A stretch of 64,000 bases of DNA from Candidatus Sericytochromatia bacterium (lineage in GTDB: Bacteria > Cyanobacteriota > Sericytochromatia > S15B-MN24 > UBA4093): the NCBI GenBank assembly GCA_036676985.1, contig JAKFBU010000038.1:128001-192000 (forward strand). Direction: 5' to 3'. Below, piece by piece: positions 9,768 to 18,876 of the stretch (position 1 is the first letter of the stretch; every line of letters starts with the position of its first letter). The notes under the pieces were generated by a model. The model was not told the DNA's origin, did no database searches, and saw nothing but the letters and a program-made list of their open reading frames with translations. Position numbers and translations under genes: made by a program.

Positions 9768-11449
9768 GCCGTGACCTCGGCGGGCAGCCCGTTGGAGATG
9801 ACGTACCGGTAGCCCTGCTCCGTGAGGAACATCTGTCGGTTGGCCGCGAACTCCTGGTCGACCGTGTCCCGGCTGACGAGCGTGTAGAAGGTGGCGCCGC
9901 GCCCGTCGCTCTTGGGCCGGAGCAGGCGGCCCAGGCGCTGGGCCTCCTCCTGGCGGGAGCCGAAGGTCCCCGAGACCTGGATGGCGACCGAGGCGTCCGG
10001 CAGGTCGATGGCGAAGTTCGCGACCTTGGAGACGACGAGGAGCGTGATCTCGCCGGTACGGAACCGGTCGTAGAGGCGCTCGCGCTCGGCGTTCGGCGTC
10101 TTGCCCGTGATGAGGGGGGCCTGGAAGGCCTTGGCGATTTCCTCGAGCTGGTCCAGGTACTGCCCGATGACGAGGATGCGCTCGCCCCGGTGGCGCTCGA
10201 TGAGGTCGCCGCAGACGGCCGTCTTGGCGGGGTTGGTGGCGGCGATCCGGTAGCGGTTGCGCTTGTCGGCCACCGAGTACTGGCGCCGCGTGACCTCGTC
10301 GAGGGGGATCCGGATCTCGTGGCAGGTGGCCTCGGCGATGAAGCCGCGGTCCTCCAGCTCCTTCCAGGGGACGTCGTACTTCTTGGGGCCGATCAGGCTG
10401 AAGACGTCCTCTTCGCGCCCGTCCTCGCGGATGAGGGTGGCCGTGAGGCCCAGGCGGCGCTTGGCCTGGATCTCGGTGGTGATCCGGAAGACGGGCGCGG
10501 GCAACAGGTGCACCTCGTCGTAGATGATGAGCCCCCAGTCCCGCATGCCGAAGATCGCCAGGTGCGGGAAGTCGTCACTGTGCGCCGCCCGGTGCGTGAG
10601 CACCTGGTAGGTCGTGACCGTGACGGGCCGGATGTCCTTGACCTCGCCCGAGTACTCGCCCACCTCCGACGGATCGAGGCTGGTCTTGTCGAGGATCTCG
10701 CGGATCCACTGCCGGACGGCCACGATGTTGGGCACGATGACGAGCGTCTGGGCGCGCGCCCGGCCCATGGCGCCGATGCCGACCACGGTCTTGCCGGCGC
10801 CGCACGGCAGGCAGATGACACCCGAGCCCCCGCGCACGCTGCCGCCCGCCCAGAAGGCGTCGACGGCCTCGGCCTGGTAGGGGCGCAGCCCGAACGGCCG
10901 ACCGTCGGTCGTCAGATCCCGCACGTCGAGCGCGAGGGCGGCGCCGTCGCTGTAGCCCGCCAGGTCCTCGACGGGGTAGCCGAACTTGAGGAGGGCCTGC
11001 TTCAAGAGGCCGCGCTGGCCGGGCGGAACCCGCAGGTGGGTCGCCTCGCGCGCCGCGAGGAAGGGGCGGATCTGCTTGGAATGCCAGATCTCGTCCAGGA
11101 GGGCCGCGTCGGTGCTCTCGAGCCGCAGACCGTCCTCGCCCTTGACGAGCTTGACCCGGCCGAAGCGGGCCACCTGGTCCTCCAGCTCGATCTCGAGGGA
11201 GCTCGGCATGGGGAACTTGGAGTAGGTGCGGAGCGTCTCCAGCATCTCCTGGGCGGACATGCCCGTGGCGGCGGCGTTCCAGAGGGAGAGCGGCGTGATC
11301 CGGTAGGTGTGGATGTGCTCGGGGCTCTTGACGAGCTCGGCGAACCGCGCGAGGCGATCGCGGATCGCGGCGTACTCGGGGTGGTGCACCTCGAGCAGGA
11401 TGGAGCGATCGCTCTGGACGATGAGCGGGTTCTGGGGATTGTACGACAT
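9764..11449 (-). CDS. XPB/Rad25 (ERCC3)-family DNA helicase
   Basis: N-terminal PLIVQSD...KSPEHIHTYRITPLSLWNA; Walker A LPCGAGKT; DEVH; QRLGRLLRPK. Start placed at MSYNPQ. Confidence 0.92.
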   Translation of the reverse strand: MSYNPQNPLIVQSDRSILLEVHHPEYAAIRDRLARFAELVKSPEHIHTYRITPLSLWNAAATGMSAQEMLETLRTYSKFPMPSSLEIELEDQVARFGRVKLVKGEDGLRLESTDAALLDEIWHSKQIRPFLAAREATHLRVPPGQRGLLKQALLKFGYPVEDLAGYSDGAALALDVRDLTTDGRPFGLRPYQAEAVDAFWAGGSVRGGSGVICLPCGAGKTVVGIGAMGRARAQTLVIVPNIVAVRQWIREILDKTSLDPSEVGEYSGEVKDIRPVTVTTYQVLTHRAAHSDDFPHLAIFGMRDWGLIIYDEVHLLPAPVFRITTEIQAKRRLGLTATLIREDGREEDVFSLIGPKKYDVPWKELEDRGFIAEATCHEIRIPLDEVTRRQYSVADKRNRYRIAATNPAKTAVCGDLIERHRGERILVIGQYLDQLEEIAKAFQAPLITGKTPNAERERLYDRFRTGEITLLVVSKVANFAIDLPDASVAIQVSGTFGSRQEEAQRLGRLLRPKSDGRGATFYTLVSRDTVDQEFAANRQMFLTEQGYRYVISNGLPAEVTA

Positions 11450-11591
11450 GGCCGTGAGCCTCCGTCCCGCACGCACGGGTAGTCCCACATGATAGCACCG
11501 TTCGAGGGCCGTCACATGGCCTGTCTGGCTCAAGATCCGGGGTGGGGGGAGGGCAGAACGACCGGGGTGGGGGTGGGGTGTCGGGGAACGA

Positions 11592-12572
11592 CTAGCGGGC
11601 CATCAGCATGCCGGGGGGAAGCTGCTTGCCGGAGGCCTTGGCCTGGGGCTGGGCCGAGGCGGCCTGGGCGATGGCGGCGACGAGGGCCTGGGCCTCGGCA
11701 GCGGGGGCGCCGTTCTCGACCATGGTCTTCTGGAAGTGCTGCTTGGCGACCTGGAGGGCCTGGTCGCGGGTCGCGCCCTTGGCCTCGAGCTTGCCGACGA
11801 CGGTCTGGAAGGCTTCCACCCACTTGGGGTCGAGGCCCTCGGCCTCCTCGGCGGCTTCCTTCTCGAAGGGGATGTGGTTGGGGCCCATCAGGGGGTTGAG
11901 GACGCCCAGGCTGATGCCCATGCCGGCCGCCATGCCGCCGCCCATCGTGAGGGCCTCGCGGCCGATGGCCTTGGCGGCGCCGGGGAACTTGAGGGCGAGC
12001 GCACCGGCCACGCCGGCCGCGAGCAGCTTGTGCTCCTTGACGGTGTCGACCACCGGGCGCCAGACGTAGTCGTTCAGGGGGTTGGCGATGTACTTGGTGA
12101 AGCCGTCGGCGAGGCCCTTCACGTCCTTCTCGGGGAGGGCGGCCGCGATCTTCTCGGCGAGCTTGTTGCCGAGGAGGCGATCGAAGAGCTCCTGACCGGT
12201 CATACCGGCCGCGAAGCCCAGGATGCCGACGGCGAGGGCGGGGAGGCCCAGGGGGGCGAGGGCGATGCCGGCGATGGCGCCGCCGAGGGTCCAGATGCCG
12301 CCACCGATCGAGCTGGTGACGACGCGGGCGACGTACTCGTTGGCCTTGAGCTCGCCGCGGCGATAGGCCTGGCTGCTGAAGAGGCCGTCGAAGGGGATGT
12401 TCGAGACGCCGCCGAGGGTGATGTCCTTGGCGAGGGCGGAGGCCTTGAAGCTGTCGCGAGCGTGGGTGCCGAGCACCCGGCCCACCGTCGACGTCACCTC
12501 GGAGGCGACCTTGCCGGCCGGCGCCTTGCCGATCCGGTGGATGCCCTGCGACTGCGAAGTGGTGACGTTCAT
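11592..12572 (-). CDS. Hypothetical protein with glycine-zipper hydrophobic segments
   Basis: Good codon usage, RBS GGAGG; GGGIWTLGGAIAGIALAPLGLPALAVGILGFAAG glycine zipper; no signal peptide. Confidence 0.7.
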   Translation of the reverse strand: MNVTTSQSQGIHRIGKAPAGKVASEVTSTVGRVLGTHARDSFKASALAKDITLGGVSNIPFDGLFSSQAYRRGELKANEYVARVVTSSIGGGIWTLGGAIAGIALAPLGLPALAVGILGFAAGMTGQELFDRLLGNKLAEKIAAALPEKDVKGLADGFTKYIANPLNDYVWRPVVDTVKEHKLLAAGVAGALALKFPGAAKAIGREALTMGGGMAAGMGISLGVLNPLMGPNHIPFEKEAAEEAEGLDPKWVEAFQTVVGKLEAKGATRDQALQVAKQHFQKTMVENGAPAAEAQALVAAIAQAASAQPQAKASGKQLPPGMLMAR

Positions 12573-12658
12573 TGGTAGCCTCCCCTGATTAACACCCCAC
12601 TAACGATATAGAGTTCCGGCGGGGGGGCTTGCGGGAATCAGGCAACCTTAAACGAAAC

Positions 12659-13921
12659 TTAGCCGTAGGCGCGGTCGAGCAGCTCCATGGTGTGCAGGAG
12701 CTCGATGGGCTCGCCGCTCTGGCGGAGCCCGAGGCCGATCTGCATCAGGCACGAGGGGTTGCCCGTCACGATGACGTCGGGGGCCGCCTGGCGGATGTGG
12801 CCGAGCTTTCGATCGAGCAGCTGCTGCGAGTTTTCGGGCTGCAGGACGGCATAGGAGCCGGCCCCACCGCAGCACCAGTCGGATTCTGCCAGCGGCACGA
12901 GCGTGAGCCCAGGAATCTGGCGCAGGAGCGCCCGGGGGGCTTCGCGGATCTTCTGGCCATGGGCCAGGTGGCACGGATCGTGGTAGGCGGCCTTCAGCGC
13001 CAAGGTGCGATCGGGCACAGGAAGGCCCACCTCCATGAGGAACTCGGAGGCGTCCTTCACCTTGGCGGCAAGGGCGACGGCGGCCGCGTGATCCGGGTCG
13101 GCGGGTGCCAGCCAGGAGCCGTATTCCTTCATGGCCGCCCCGCATCCCGCCGAGTTGGCGACGAGCGCCACGAGCTCCGGCCGATCGAAGGCGCGCAGGT
13201 TCGTCCGGAGCATGGCCACGGCCCGGGCGCGATCGCCCTCATGCGCATGCAGCGCCCCACAGCAGCCCTGCGCTCGGGGCATCCAGACGTCGTAGCCCGC
13301 CCGGGCGAGCATCCGAACCGTCGCGTGGTTCACGGGCCGGTAGAGGGCGTCCATCGCACACCCCGTGAGGAATGCCACCGTGCCGCGGCTCGCTCCCTTG
13401 GCCGGAACCCATTCGGGCAAAGGTGGGGTCGGCTCGCTGGGGGCGACCATCTCCACCGACCGCCCGAGCACGGGCGGCAACCATCGTGCCACGGCCCGCT
13501 GGAGGTCGGGAGCATGGCGTGCCATGAGGCGCACGGGGGCAGTGGCGAGGCGCATGCGCCCGGCGTGGGAGACCACGTGGTCGAGCATGGCCTTCCAGAC
13601 GGCGCTCGCGCCCTGGCGCGGCCGGGAGGGGACCACGAACTCGGCCCGCACCTCCTCGAGCAGGTGGCCGTACCGGACGCTCGACGGGCATGCCGTCTCG
13701 CAGGCGCGGCAGCCGAGGCAGCGGTCGAAAGGCCCGAACACCTCGGCGCTGGGCTTGAGGCGGCCGTCCAGAAGGGCCTTCATGAGGTGCAGGCGCCCGC
13801 GCGGCGAGTCGGGTTCGGCGCCTGTCAGGGCGTAGGTCGGGCAGGACTCCAGGCAGAGCCCGCAGTGGATGCATTCGTCCGTGAGCGCGGTGAGGTGCGC
13901 CTGGAGCTCGTGGCGCTCCAT
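12659..13921 (-). CDS. glcF: Glycolate oxidase iron-sulfur subunit
   Basis: CIHCGLCLESCP and CLGCRACETACP ferredoxin motifs, CCG domains, YHDPCHL. Confidence 0.88.
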   Translation of the reverse strand: MERHELQAHLTALTDECIHCGLCLESCPTYALTGAEPDSPRGRLHLMKALLDGRLKPSAEVFGPFDRCLGCRACETACPSSVRYGHLLEEVRAEFVVPSRPRQGASAVWKAMLDHVVSHAGRMRLATAPVRLMARHAPDLQRAVARWLPPVLGRSVEMVAPSEPTPPLPEWVPAKGASRGTVAFLTGCAMDALYRPVNHATVRMLARAGYDVWMPRAQGCCGALHAHEGDRARAVAMLRTNLRAFDRPELVALVANSAGCGAAMKEYGSWLAPADPDHAAAVALAAKVKDASEFLMEVGLPVPDRTLALKAAYHDPCHLAHGQKIREAPRALLRQIPGLTLVPLAESDWCCGGAGSYAVLQPENSQQLLDRKLGHIRQAAPDVIVTGNPSCLMQIGLGLRQSGEPIELLHTMELLDRAYG

Positions 13922-15162
13922 TACGAGCCTCCTTCCAGCCGGAAGCGACCGGGGGCCATGATCCCGTGCGGGTCGAGGCCCGCTTGCAGGCGGCCCATGA
14001 GCTCTCGCGTCGTCGCGTCGAGGGCGAAGGAGTCGACCTCCATGGGCCAGCCGTCACGACCCTCCAGCACGACGTGGCCCCCGAGTGCGGCGGCGATCGC
14101 CCGCACCTCCTCGAGCCATGCGGCGGGCTCGGAGCGTTCCGTGCGCAGCCACCAGGCGCCGTGTTCCACCAGGCCGACGGCCGCGACCGCCCCGGAATCC
14201 GGTAGGGCCCGCACCCGGTCGAGGAAGCCCAGCATGTCCGCGGGCAGCACCGAGGCGCGCACGCCGACGCCACGGTCGGGGACGCCATGCAGCTGCCGGG
14301 CCAGGTCGGCACGCGCCTGCCGGGCGTCGGCGTCCCGGCGGACGTCGAGATGGCGGCCCCCCAGCGTGGTGAGCCGCGTCGTCGCCTCCTGGACTTGCCA
14401 CGCGACCGTCTCGGCGAAGCCGTCGAAGCCGAGCGTGACGCGCACGGCACCGTCTCGCAGCTCCACGGCGTTCACGGCCGGCATCAGGGTCGTGGTCTGC
14501 AGGGCCCCAAGGGCCTCCTCGGCGTTGGCGGCCGGGACCTCCGCGCTCACCAGGGCCGTGGCCTCCCAGCTCGGGCGCACGCGGAAGGTGACGGTCGCGA
14601 TCGCCCCCAGCGTCCCGAGGCTGCCGGCATAGAGCTTGCAGAGGTCGTAGCCCGCCACGTTCTTGACGACCTTGCCGCCGCCATGGACGAGCGCGCCTTC
14701 GGGAGAGGCCACCGAGAGCCCGATGAGCCAGTCCTTGACCTCGCCGTAGCCCGTGCGCGCGAGCGACGAGGGGGCGGCCGCCACCAGGCCGCCGAGCGTC
14801 GTGCGCTCGGGCTGCGCGACCTCGAGCGGCAGCACCTGGAAGCGGGTCGCCAAGAGCGCGTTGAGGTCCGCGAGCGTCATGCCGGCCTCGGCCGTGACGA
14901 CCATGTCGTCCGGGGCGTAGTCGAGGACCCGCGTCAGGCCCGCGGTGGAGACGACCAGATCGGTTGCGACCGGGTTGCCCCAGTCCAGCCGCAGGCCGTG
15001 GCCCCGCACCAGCACCGACAGGCCGGCGTCCGCGGCGATCGCCATGGTCTCGACCAGCGCCGGCACGTCGGACGGGGTGGCGACGAGGCCGCCTTCGGTC
15101 GCAAGGGCCGCGCCGAGGCGCTCCTGCAGGCGGGCGGCACCCGCTTCGAGGGCGGTGGTCAT
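13921..15162 (-). CDS. glcE: Glycolate oxidase FAD-binding subunit
   Basis: GGKVVKNVAGYDL and GSLGTLG motifs; start MTTALE overlaps the glcD stop (ATGA). Confidence 0.85.
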   Translation of the reverse strand: MTTALEAGAARLQERLGAALATEGGLVATPSDVPALVETMAIAADAGLSVLVRGHGLRLDWGNPVATDLVVSTAGLTRVLDYAPDDMVVTAEAGMTLADLNALLATRFQVLPLEVAQPERTTLGGLVAAAPSSLARTGYGEVKDWLIGLSVASPEGALVHGGGKVVKNVAGYDLCKLYAGSLGTLGAIATVTFRVRPSWEATALVSAEVPAANAEEALGALQTTTLMPAVNAVELRDGAVRVTLGFDGFAETVAWQVQEATTRLTTLGGRHLDVRRDADARQARADLARQLHGVPDRGVGVRASVLPADMLGFLDRVRALPDSGAVAAVGLVEHGAWWLRTERSEPAAWLEEVRAIAAALGGHVVLEGRDGWPMEVDSFALDATTRELMGRLQAGLDPHGIMAPGRFRLEGGS

Positions 15163-16577
15163 GGGCGCCGCCTCGACTCCACGCAGGTGCGGGAGGTGGG
15201 CAGGAGCTTGCCCGGGTTGCAGAGCCCCTCCGGGTTGAAGGCGTCGCGCACCCGCTCCATGACCGCGAGGTCCGCGGGCGCGAACATGCGGTCCATCATG
15301 CCGACCTTCTCGACGCCGATGCCGTGCTCGCCCGTGATGGATCCGCCGACGGCGAGGCAGGCCTCCAGGATCTCCTGGCCCGCCTGGACCACCCGGCGCA
15401 CCTGCTCGGGATCGCGCTCGTCGAAAAGGACGATGGGGTGCAGGTTGCCGTCGCCCGCATGGAAGACGTTGGCGATGCGCAGGCCGTGCCGGGCGCCGAT
15501 GCCGGCGATTTGCTTCAAGACGGCGGGCAGCTGCGAGCGCGGAATGACCCCGTCCTGGGTGACCTTGCTCGGGGCGAGCCGCCCCACGCAGCCCACGGCC
15601 TTCTTGCGGGCCATCCAGAGGCGCGATCGCTCGTCGTCGTCCTTGGCGAGGCGCACCTCGCGCGCTCCCTGGGCCTGCAGGATGGCGACCGTCTGGGCGG
15701 CCTGCCGATCGAGTCCCGCCTCCAGACCGTCGAGCTCCACGATGAGGACGGCCTCGGCATCCGTCGGGAAGCCGAACCGGAAGGAGGCCTCCACGGCCGC
15801 GATGATCATGCGGTCCATCATCTCGAGGGCCGCGGGCAGCACGCCCGCCGCGATGAGGGCGCTGACGGCGCTGGAGGCCGCCTCCACCGACTCGAAGACG
15901 GCGAGCATCGTCTTGACGCCCTGCGGCAAGGGAACGAGGCGTACCCACGCCTTCGTCACGATCCCGAAGGTCCCCTCCGCGCCCACGGCCAGGCCGCGCA
16001 GGTCGTAGCCCGGCGCGTCGTCGGTCTTGCCGCCGAGCCAGGCGATCCGGCCGTCCGGCAAGACCACCTCGAGGCCGAGCACGTGGTTCGTCGTGACGCC
16101 GTACTTGAGGGTGTGCGGGCCACCGGCGTTCTCGGCCACGTTGCCGCCGATGGTGCAGGCCATCTGGCTGCTCGGGTCGGGGGCGTAGTGGAGCCCATGC
16201 GGGCTGGCCGCATGCGTGAGCCGGAGGTTGACGAGCCCCGCCTCGACCAGGGCCCTGCGGTTGCGCGGGTCCAGCTCGACGACCCGGGTCATGCGCGTCA
16301 GCGCGATCATGACGCCGCCCGTCTCCGGCGCGAGGCAGCCGCCTGACAGGCCCGTGCCGGCCCCGCGCGGCACGAAGGGGATGCCGCGCTCGTGACAGTA
16401 GCGCACGACGTCCGCGACCGCCTCGGTCGAGCGCGGCAGGACGACCACGAGCGGCAAGGCGCGCTCGAGGGTGTAGGCGTCACAGTCGTAGGCGAGGACC
16501 TCCTCGGGACGGTGCAGGACGGCGTCCGTCCCGAGCAGCGCCTGCAGGTCCGCGACCAGCCTGGCGCGGTCGATCAT
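15159..16577 (-). CDS. glcD: Glycolate oxidase FAD-linked subunit
   Basis: PRGAGTGLSGG, PDPSSQ, HAGDGNLHP, GEHGIGVEK motifs. Confidence 0.9.
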   Translation of the reverse strand: MIDRARLVADLQALLGTDAVLHRPEEVLAYDCDAYTLERALPLVVVLPRSTEAVADVVRYCHERGIPFVPRGAGTGLSGGCLAPETGGVMIALTRMTRVVELDPRNRRALVEAGLVNLRLTHAASPHGLHYAPDPSSQMACTIGGNVAENAGGPHTLKYGVTTNHVLGLEVVLPDGRIAWLGGKTDDAPGYDLRGLAVGAEGTFGIVTKAWVRLVPLPQGVKTMLAVFESVEAASSAVSALIAAGVLPAALEMMDRMIIAAVEASFRFGFPTDAEAVLIVELDGLEAGLDRQAAQTVAILQAQGAREVRLAKDDDERSRLWMARKKAVGCVGRLAPSKVTQDGVIPRSQLPAVLKQIAGIGARHGLRIANVFHAGDGNLHPIVLFDERDPEQVRRVVQAGQEILEACLAVGGSITGEHGIGVEKVGMMDRMFAPADLAVMERVRDAFNPEGLCNPGKLLPTSRTCVESRRRP

Positions 16578-16699
16578 GTGGGCTCCCGACGGCTACGCCA
16601 CAGCCCGATCAAGAGGATGACGGCGGCGATCCCGCCCAGGGGAGCGACCACGAAGGAGGCGCCGAGCAGCGCGTTGAACAGGGTGTCGAAGATTGCCAT
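16574..16699 (-). CDS. Small 41-aa single-pass membrane protein (not in the ORF track)
   Basis: MAIFDTLFNALLGASFVVAPLGGIAAVILLIGLWRSRREPT*; its TGA overlaps the glcD ATG; TAGAAT lies 6 nt upstream of the ATG. Confidence 0.6.
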   Translation of the reverse strand: MAIFDTLFNALLGASFVVAPLGGIAAVILLIGLWRSRREPT

Positions 16700-16739
16700 G
16701 GCCCCATTCTAGCGCATGATGGGGCGCTGTAGAGGCGCG

Positions 16740-17927
16740 TTAGATCGTGACCGTGTCCGGAGGCAGGGTCGGGGTCGGCGTCGGGCTAGGCGTCGTCGTG
16801 GGACGCGGCGTCGGTGTCGGCGTGGCCCCGGGTTTCGGAGAAGCGTTCGGCTTGGTTCCATGAATCAGCTGGAACGAGTACCACTGCGACGCTCCGAAGT
16901 AGTTGGTGACGAAGTTCTGGCCCTGTCCGGTGATGTTCCGGAAGACGCCGTTCGGAGCACGGCCGTAGGTCGGGTAGAACTCGATGCAGTAGAAGTAATG
17001 GCCTCCATCCAGCCGATTGTTCGGATCGTCCTCCGGCGGAGCGTCGTTCGGGCCGGACGATCGGCTGCTGTACCCGTTCCAGGCCACTGAGACGAAGTCC
17101 TCTCCGTCCGGGAGCGTATGCCACTGGGATTGCCAGACGACGTCGCCCAGCCCGCCCGCGGTCTTGCTGACGACGAAGCGATAGGCGCACTCCCGCTGGT
17201 GAGCAGGCAGCGAGTTGATGAAGACGCCCCGAAACGGCTTGGTCCGGAACTTGTCCTTGTACGTCGTGTATTCGCCGTTGGCGTGGGTGGGATCGTTGGC
17301 GCGCGAGTCCGACGACGTCGGCTCGGCCTCGGTGTCCCAGAAGAGGTCGATGTCGACCGATCGGCTGGAGTTGAGGCTCCCGTCGAAGATCATGGGGTTG
17401 GAGACGAAGAAGCCCAAGAGGTCGAGGCGCTTGTAGCCCTGATCGTTCGTCAACGGGTTGCTGGGCCGGTCCTCGTCGCTGTAAACGACATGATAGGTCC
17501 CGCGGCGCAGGGTCGTGAACTCGATCAGGCTGTTGTGGGTCACGAACTGGGAAACGGGAAGCTGCCCTTCGAGGAACAGCTCGGGAACCAGGTAGATGTT
17601 CTTGCCGATCATCGACTGGTCGTGCCACTCGCCCGGAGGATTTCCCTTGATCGTCAGGTTGACGGTCGTCCGGTAGACCGGAGGCGCCGTCGGGTTGGCC
17701 GTCGCCGTGTTGCGGCTGATGGTCACGCCCGAGACGCCGCCGCGCACGACGCCCGAGCCGAAGGAGGTGTCGACCGTGTTGCGGGTGACGACGACGTTGC
17801 TCTTGGTGCCACGCTGTGCGAGGGTCACCACGCCCTTGGCGCCGGTGCCCGTCGGATCGGCGCAGGCGGCGATCGCCAGCGCGATGGGTGTTAGGACGGC
17901 TGCCAGCCGCCAGTGGAACGCCCGCAT
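16740..17927 (-). CDS. Hypothetical lipoprotein with a C-terminal Pro/Thr linker
   Basis: Signal ending in IAAC; beta-rich body; PT repeats then terminal DTVTI. Confidence 0.7.
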   Translation of the reverse strand: MRAFHWRLAAVLTPIALAIAACADPTGTGAKGVVTLAQRGTKSNVVVTRNTVDTSFGSGVVRGGVSGVTISRNTATANPTAPPVYRTTVNLTIKGNPPGEWHDQSMIGKNIYLVPELFLEGQLPVSQFVTHNSLIEFTTLRRGTYHVVYSDEDRPSNPLTNDQGYKRLDLLGFFVSNPMIFDGSLNSSRSVDIDLFWDTEAEPTSSDSRANDPTHANGEYTTYKDKFRTKPFRGVFINSLPAHQRECAYRFVVSKTAGGLGDVVWQSQWHTLPDGEDFVSVAWNGYSSRSSGPNDAPPEDDPNNRLDGGHYFYCIEFYPTYGRAPNGVFRNITGQGQNFVTNYFGASQWYSFQLIHGTKPNASPKPGATPTPTPRPTTTPSPTPTPTLPPDTVTI

Positions 17928-17959
17928 GAGCAACCCTCGGTCGACGTACTAGGGAGTAT

Positions 17960-17986
17960 ATGCCCGCTCGGCGCCCCGTTTGAAAC
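17960..17986 (-). promoter_or_regulatory. Putative SigB/SigF-type promoter
   Basis: GTTT-N17-GGGCAT upstream of the lipoprotein gene. Confidence 0.4.
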
Positions 17987-18003
17987 CCCTACGCCCCATG
18001 GAA

Positions 18004-18033
18004 GACGGCCGCCTCTTGGAGGAGGCGGCCGTC
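18004..18033. terminator. Hairpin / probable terminator
   Basis: 12-bp inverted repeat GACGGCCGCCTC...GAGGCGGCCGTC just downstream of the P/Q/Y/T-rich gene. Confidence 0.5.
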
Positions 18034-18048
18034 ATGGAGGCTTTGGCG

Positions 18049-18762
18049 CTAGAGCATCTGGATCGACTGAGCCTGGAAGGGCTGGATGGATTGGCTTTGC
18101 GTCGGGTTGATGGTGCGCGGGTTATAGGTGGGCCAGGTCGGCAGGCCGGGGAACCCGGGGAAGCCCGTCGGCTGGGTCGGATACTGGGTGGGGAAGCCCG
18201 GGATGCTCGGGAAGCCCGTCGGCTGGGTCGGATACTGCGTGGGGTATCCCGGGTAGCCCGCCGGCTGGGTCGGATACTGCTGCGGGTAGCCGGGATAGGT
18301 GGGCTGCGTCGGGTACTGGGGGGGATAGCCAGGCAAGGTCGTCGGCGTGGGATAGGGCTGCTGCGTGCCCGTCGGATAGCCCGGATAGGTCGGCTGAGTG
18401 GGGTAGGTGGGCTGGGGATAGGTGGGGTAAGTGGGCTGGGGGAAAGCCGGCTGGCCTGCCGTCGGCATGGGATACGTGGGGTAGCTCGGCTGGGGAGTCG
18501 TCGGCTGGGGATAGGTCGGCTGAGTAGGGTAGGTCGGCTGCGGATACGTCGGCTGCGCGGCCTGACCGGGATAGCTCGGATTGGTCCAGGGCGTCGGGGA
18601 TGCGGGCTGCTGTGCTGTCTGCGCGGCCTGGCTCAGCGTCAGGATGTCGCCCAGCATGGTCGGCGTGCCGCCGCCGGCTGCCACGGGCTCGCGCGCCTTG
18701 ACAGGAGCGGACTCACGCGGACGCATCAGGCGGTTGAGCGCGGTTCCGAGTTCGACGGCCAT
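18049..18762 (-). CDS. Low-complexity Pro/Tyr/Gln/Thr-rich repeat protein
   Basis: RBS AAAGGAGG before MAVELG; many YPTQPT, YPQPT and PGYP repeats. Confidence 0.7.
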   Translation of the reverse strand: MAVELGTALNRLMRPRESAPVKAREPVAAGGGTPTMLGDILTLSQAAQTAQQPASPTPWTNPSYPGQAAQPTYPQPTYPTQPTYPQPTTPQPSYPTYPMPTAGQPAFPQPTYPTYPQPTYPTQPTYPGYPTGTQQPYPTPTTLPGYPPQYPTQPTYPGYPQQYPTQPAGYPGYPTQYPTQPTGFPSIPGFPTQYPTQPTGFPGFPGLPTWPTYNPRTINPTQSQSIQPFQAQSIQML

Positions 18763-18811
18763 GGGCGAGCCTCCTTTGGAGAGCGTACTGACAAAGGGAT
18801 TATCCAACGGC

Positions 18812-18836
18812 AAAGGGAGGGGCTTGCGCCCCTCCC
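18812..18836 (-). terminator. Intrinsic terminator of the pdh-lpd operon
   Basis: GGGAGGGGC-GCAA-GCCCCTCCC followed by TTT on the minus strand. Confidence 0.7.
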
Positions 18837-18876
18837 CCGTAACTTACCCGTGATTTAACGCCCTCTTTACGGGGCC

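Noticed and set aside
13921-15948. Long N-terminal extensions given in the ORF track (glcE, pdhC, lpdA, 28398-30302, 46735-47916, 51031-52317, 41332-42849)
   Set aside because: The extensions overlap neighbouring genes; downstream starts with an RBS or ATGA coupling fit better.
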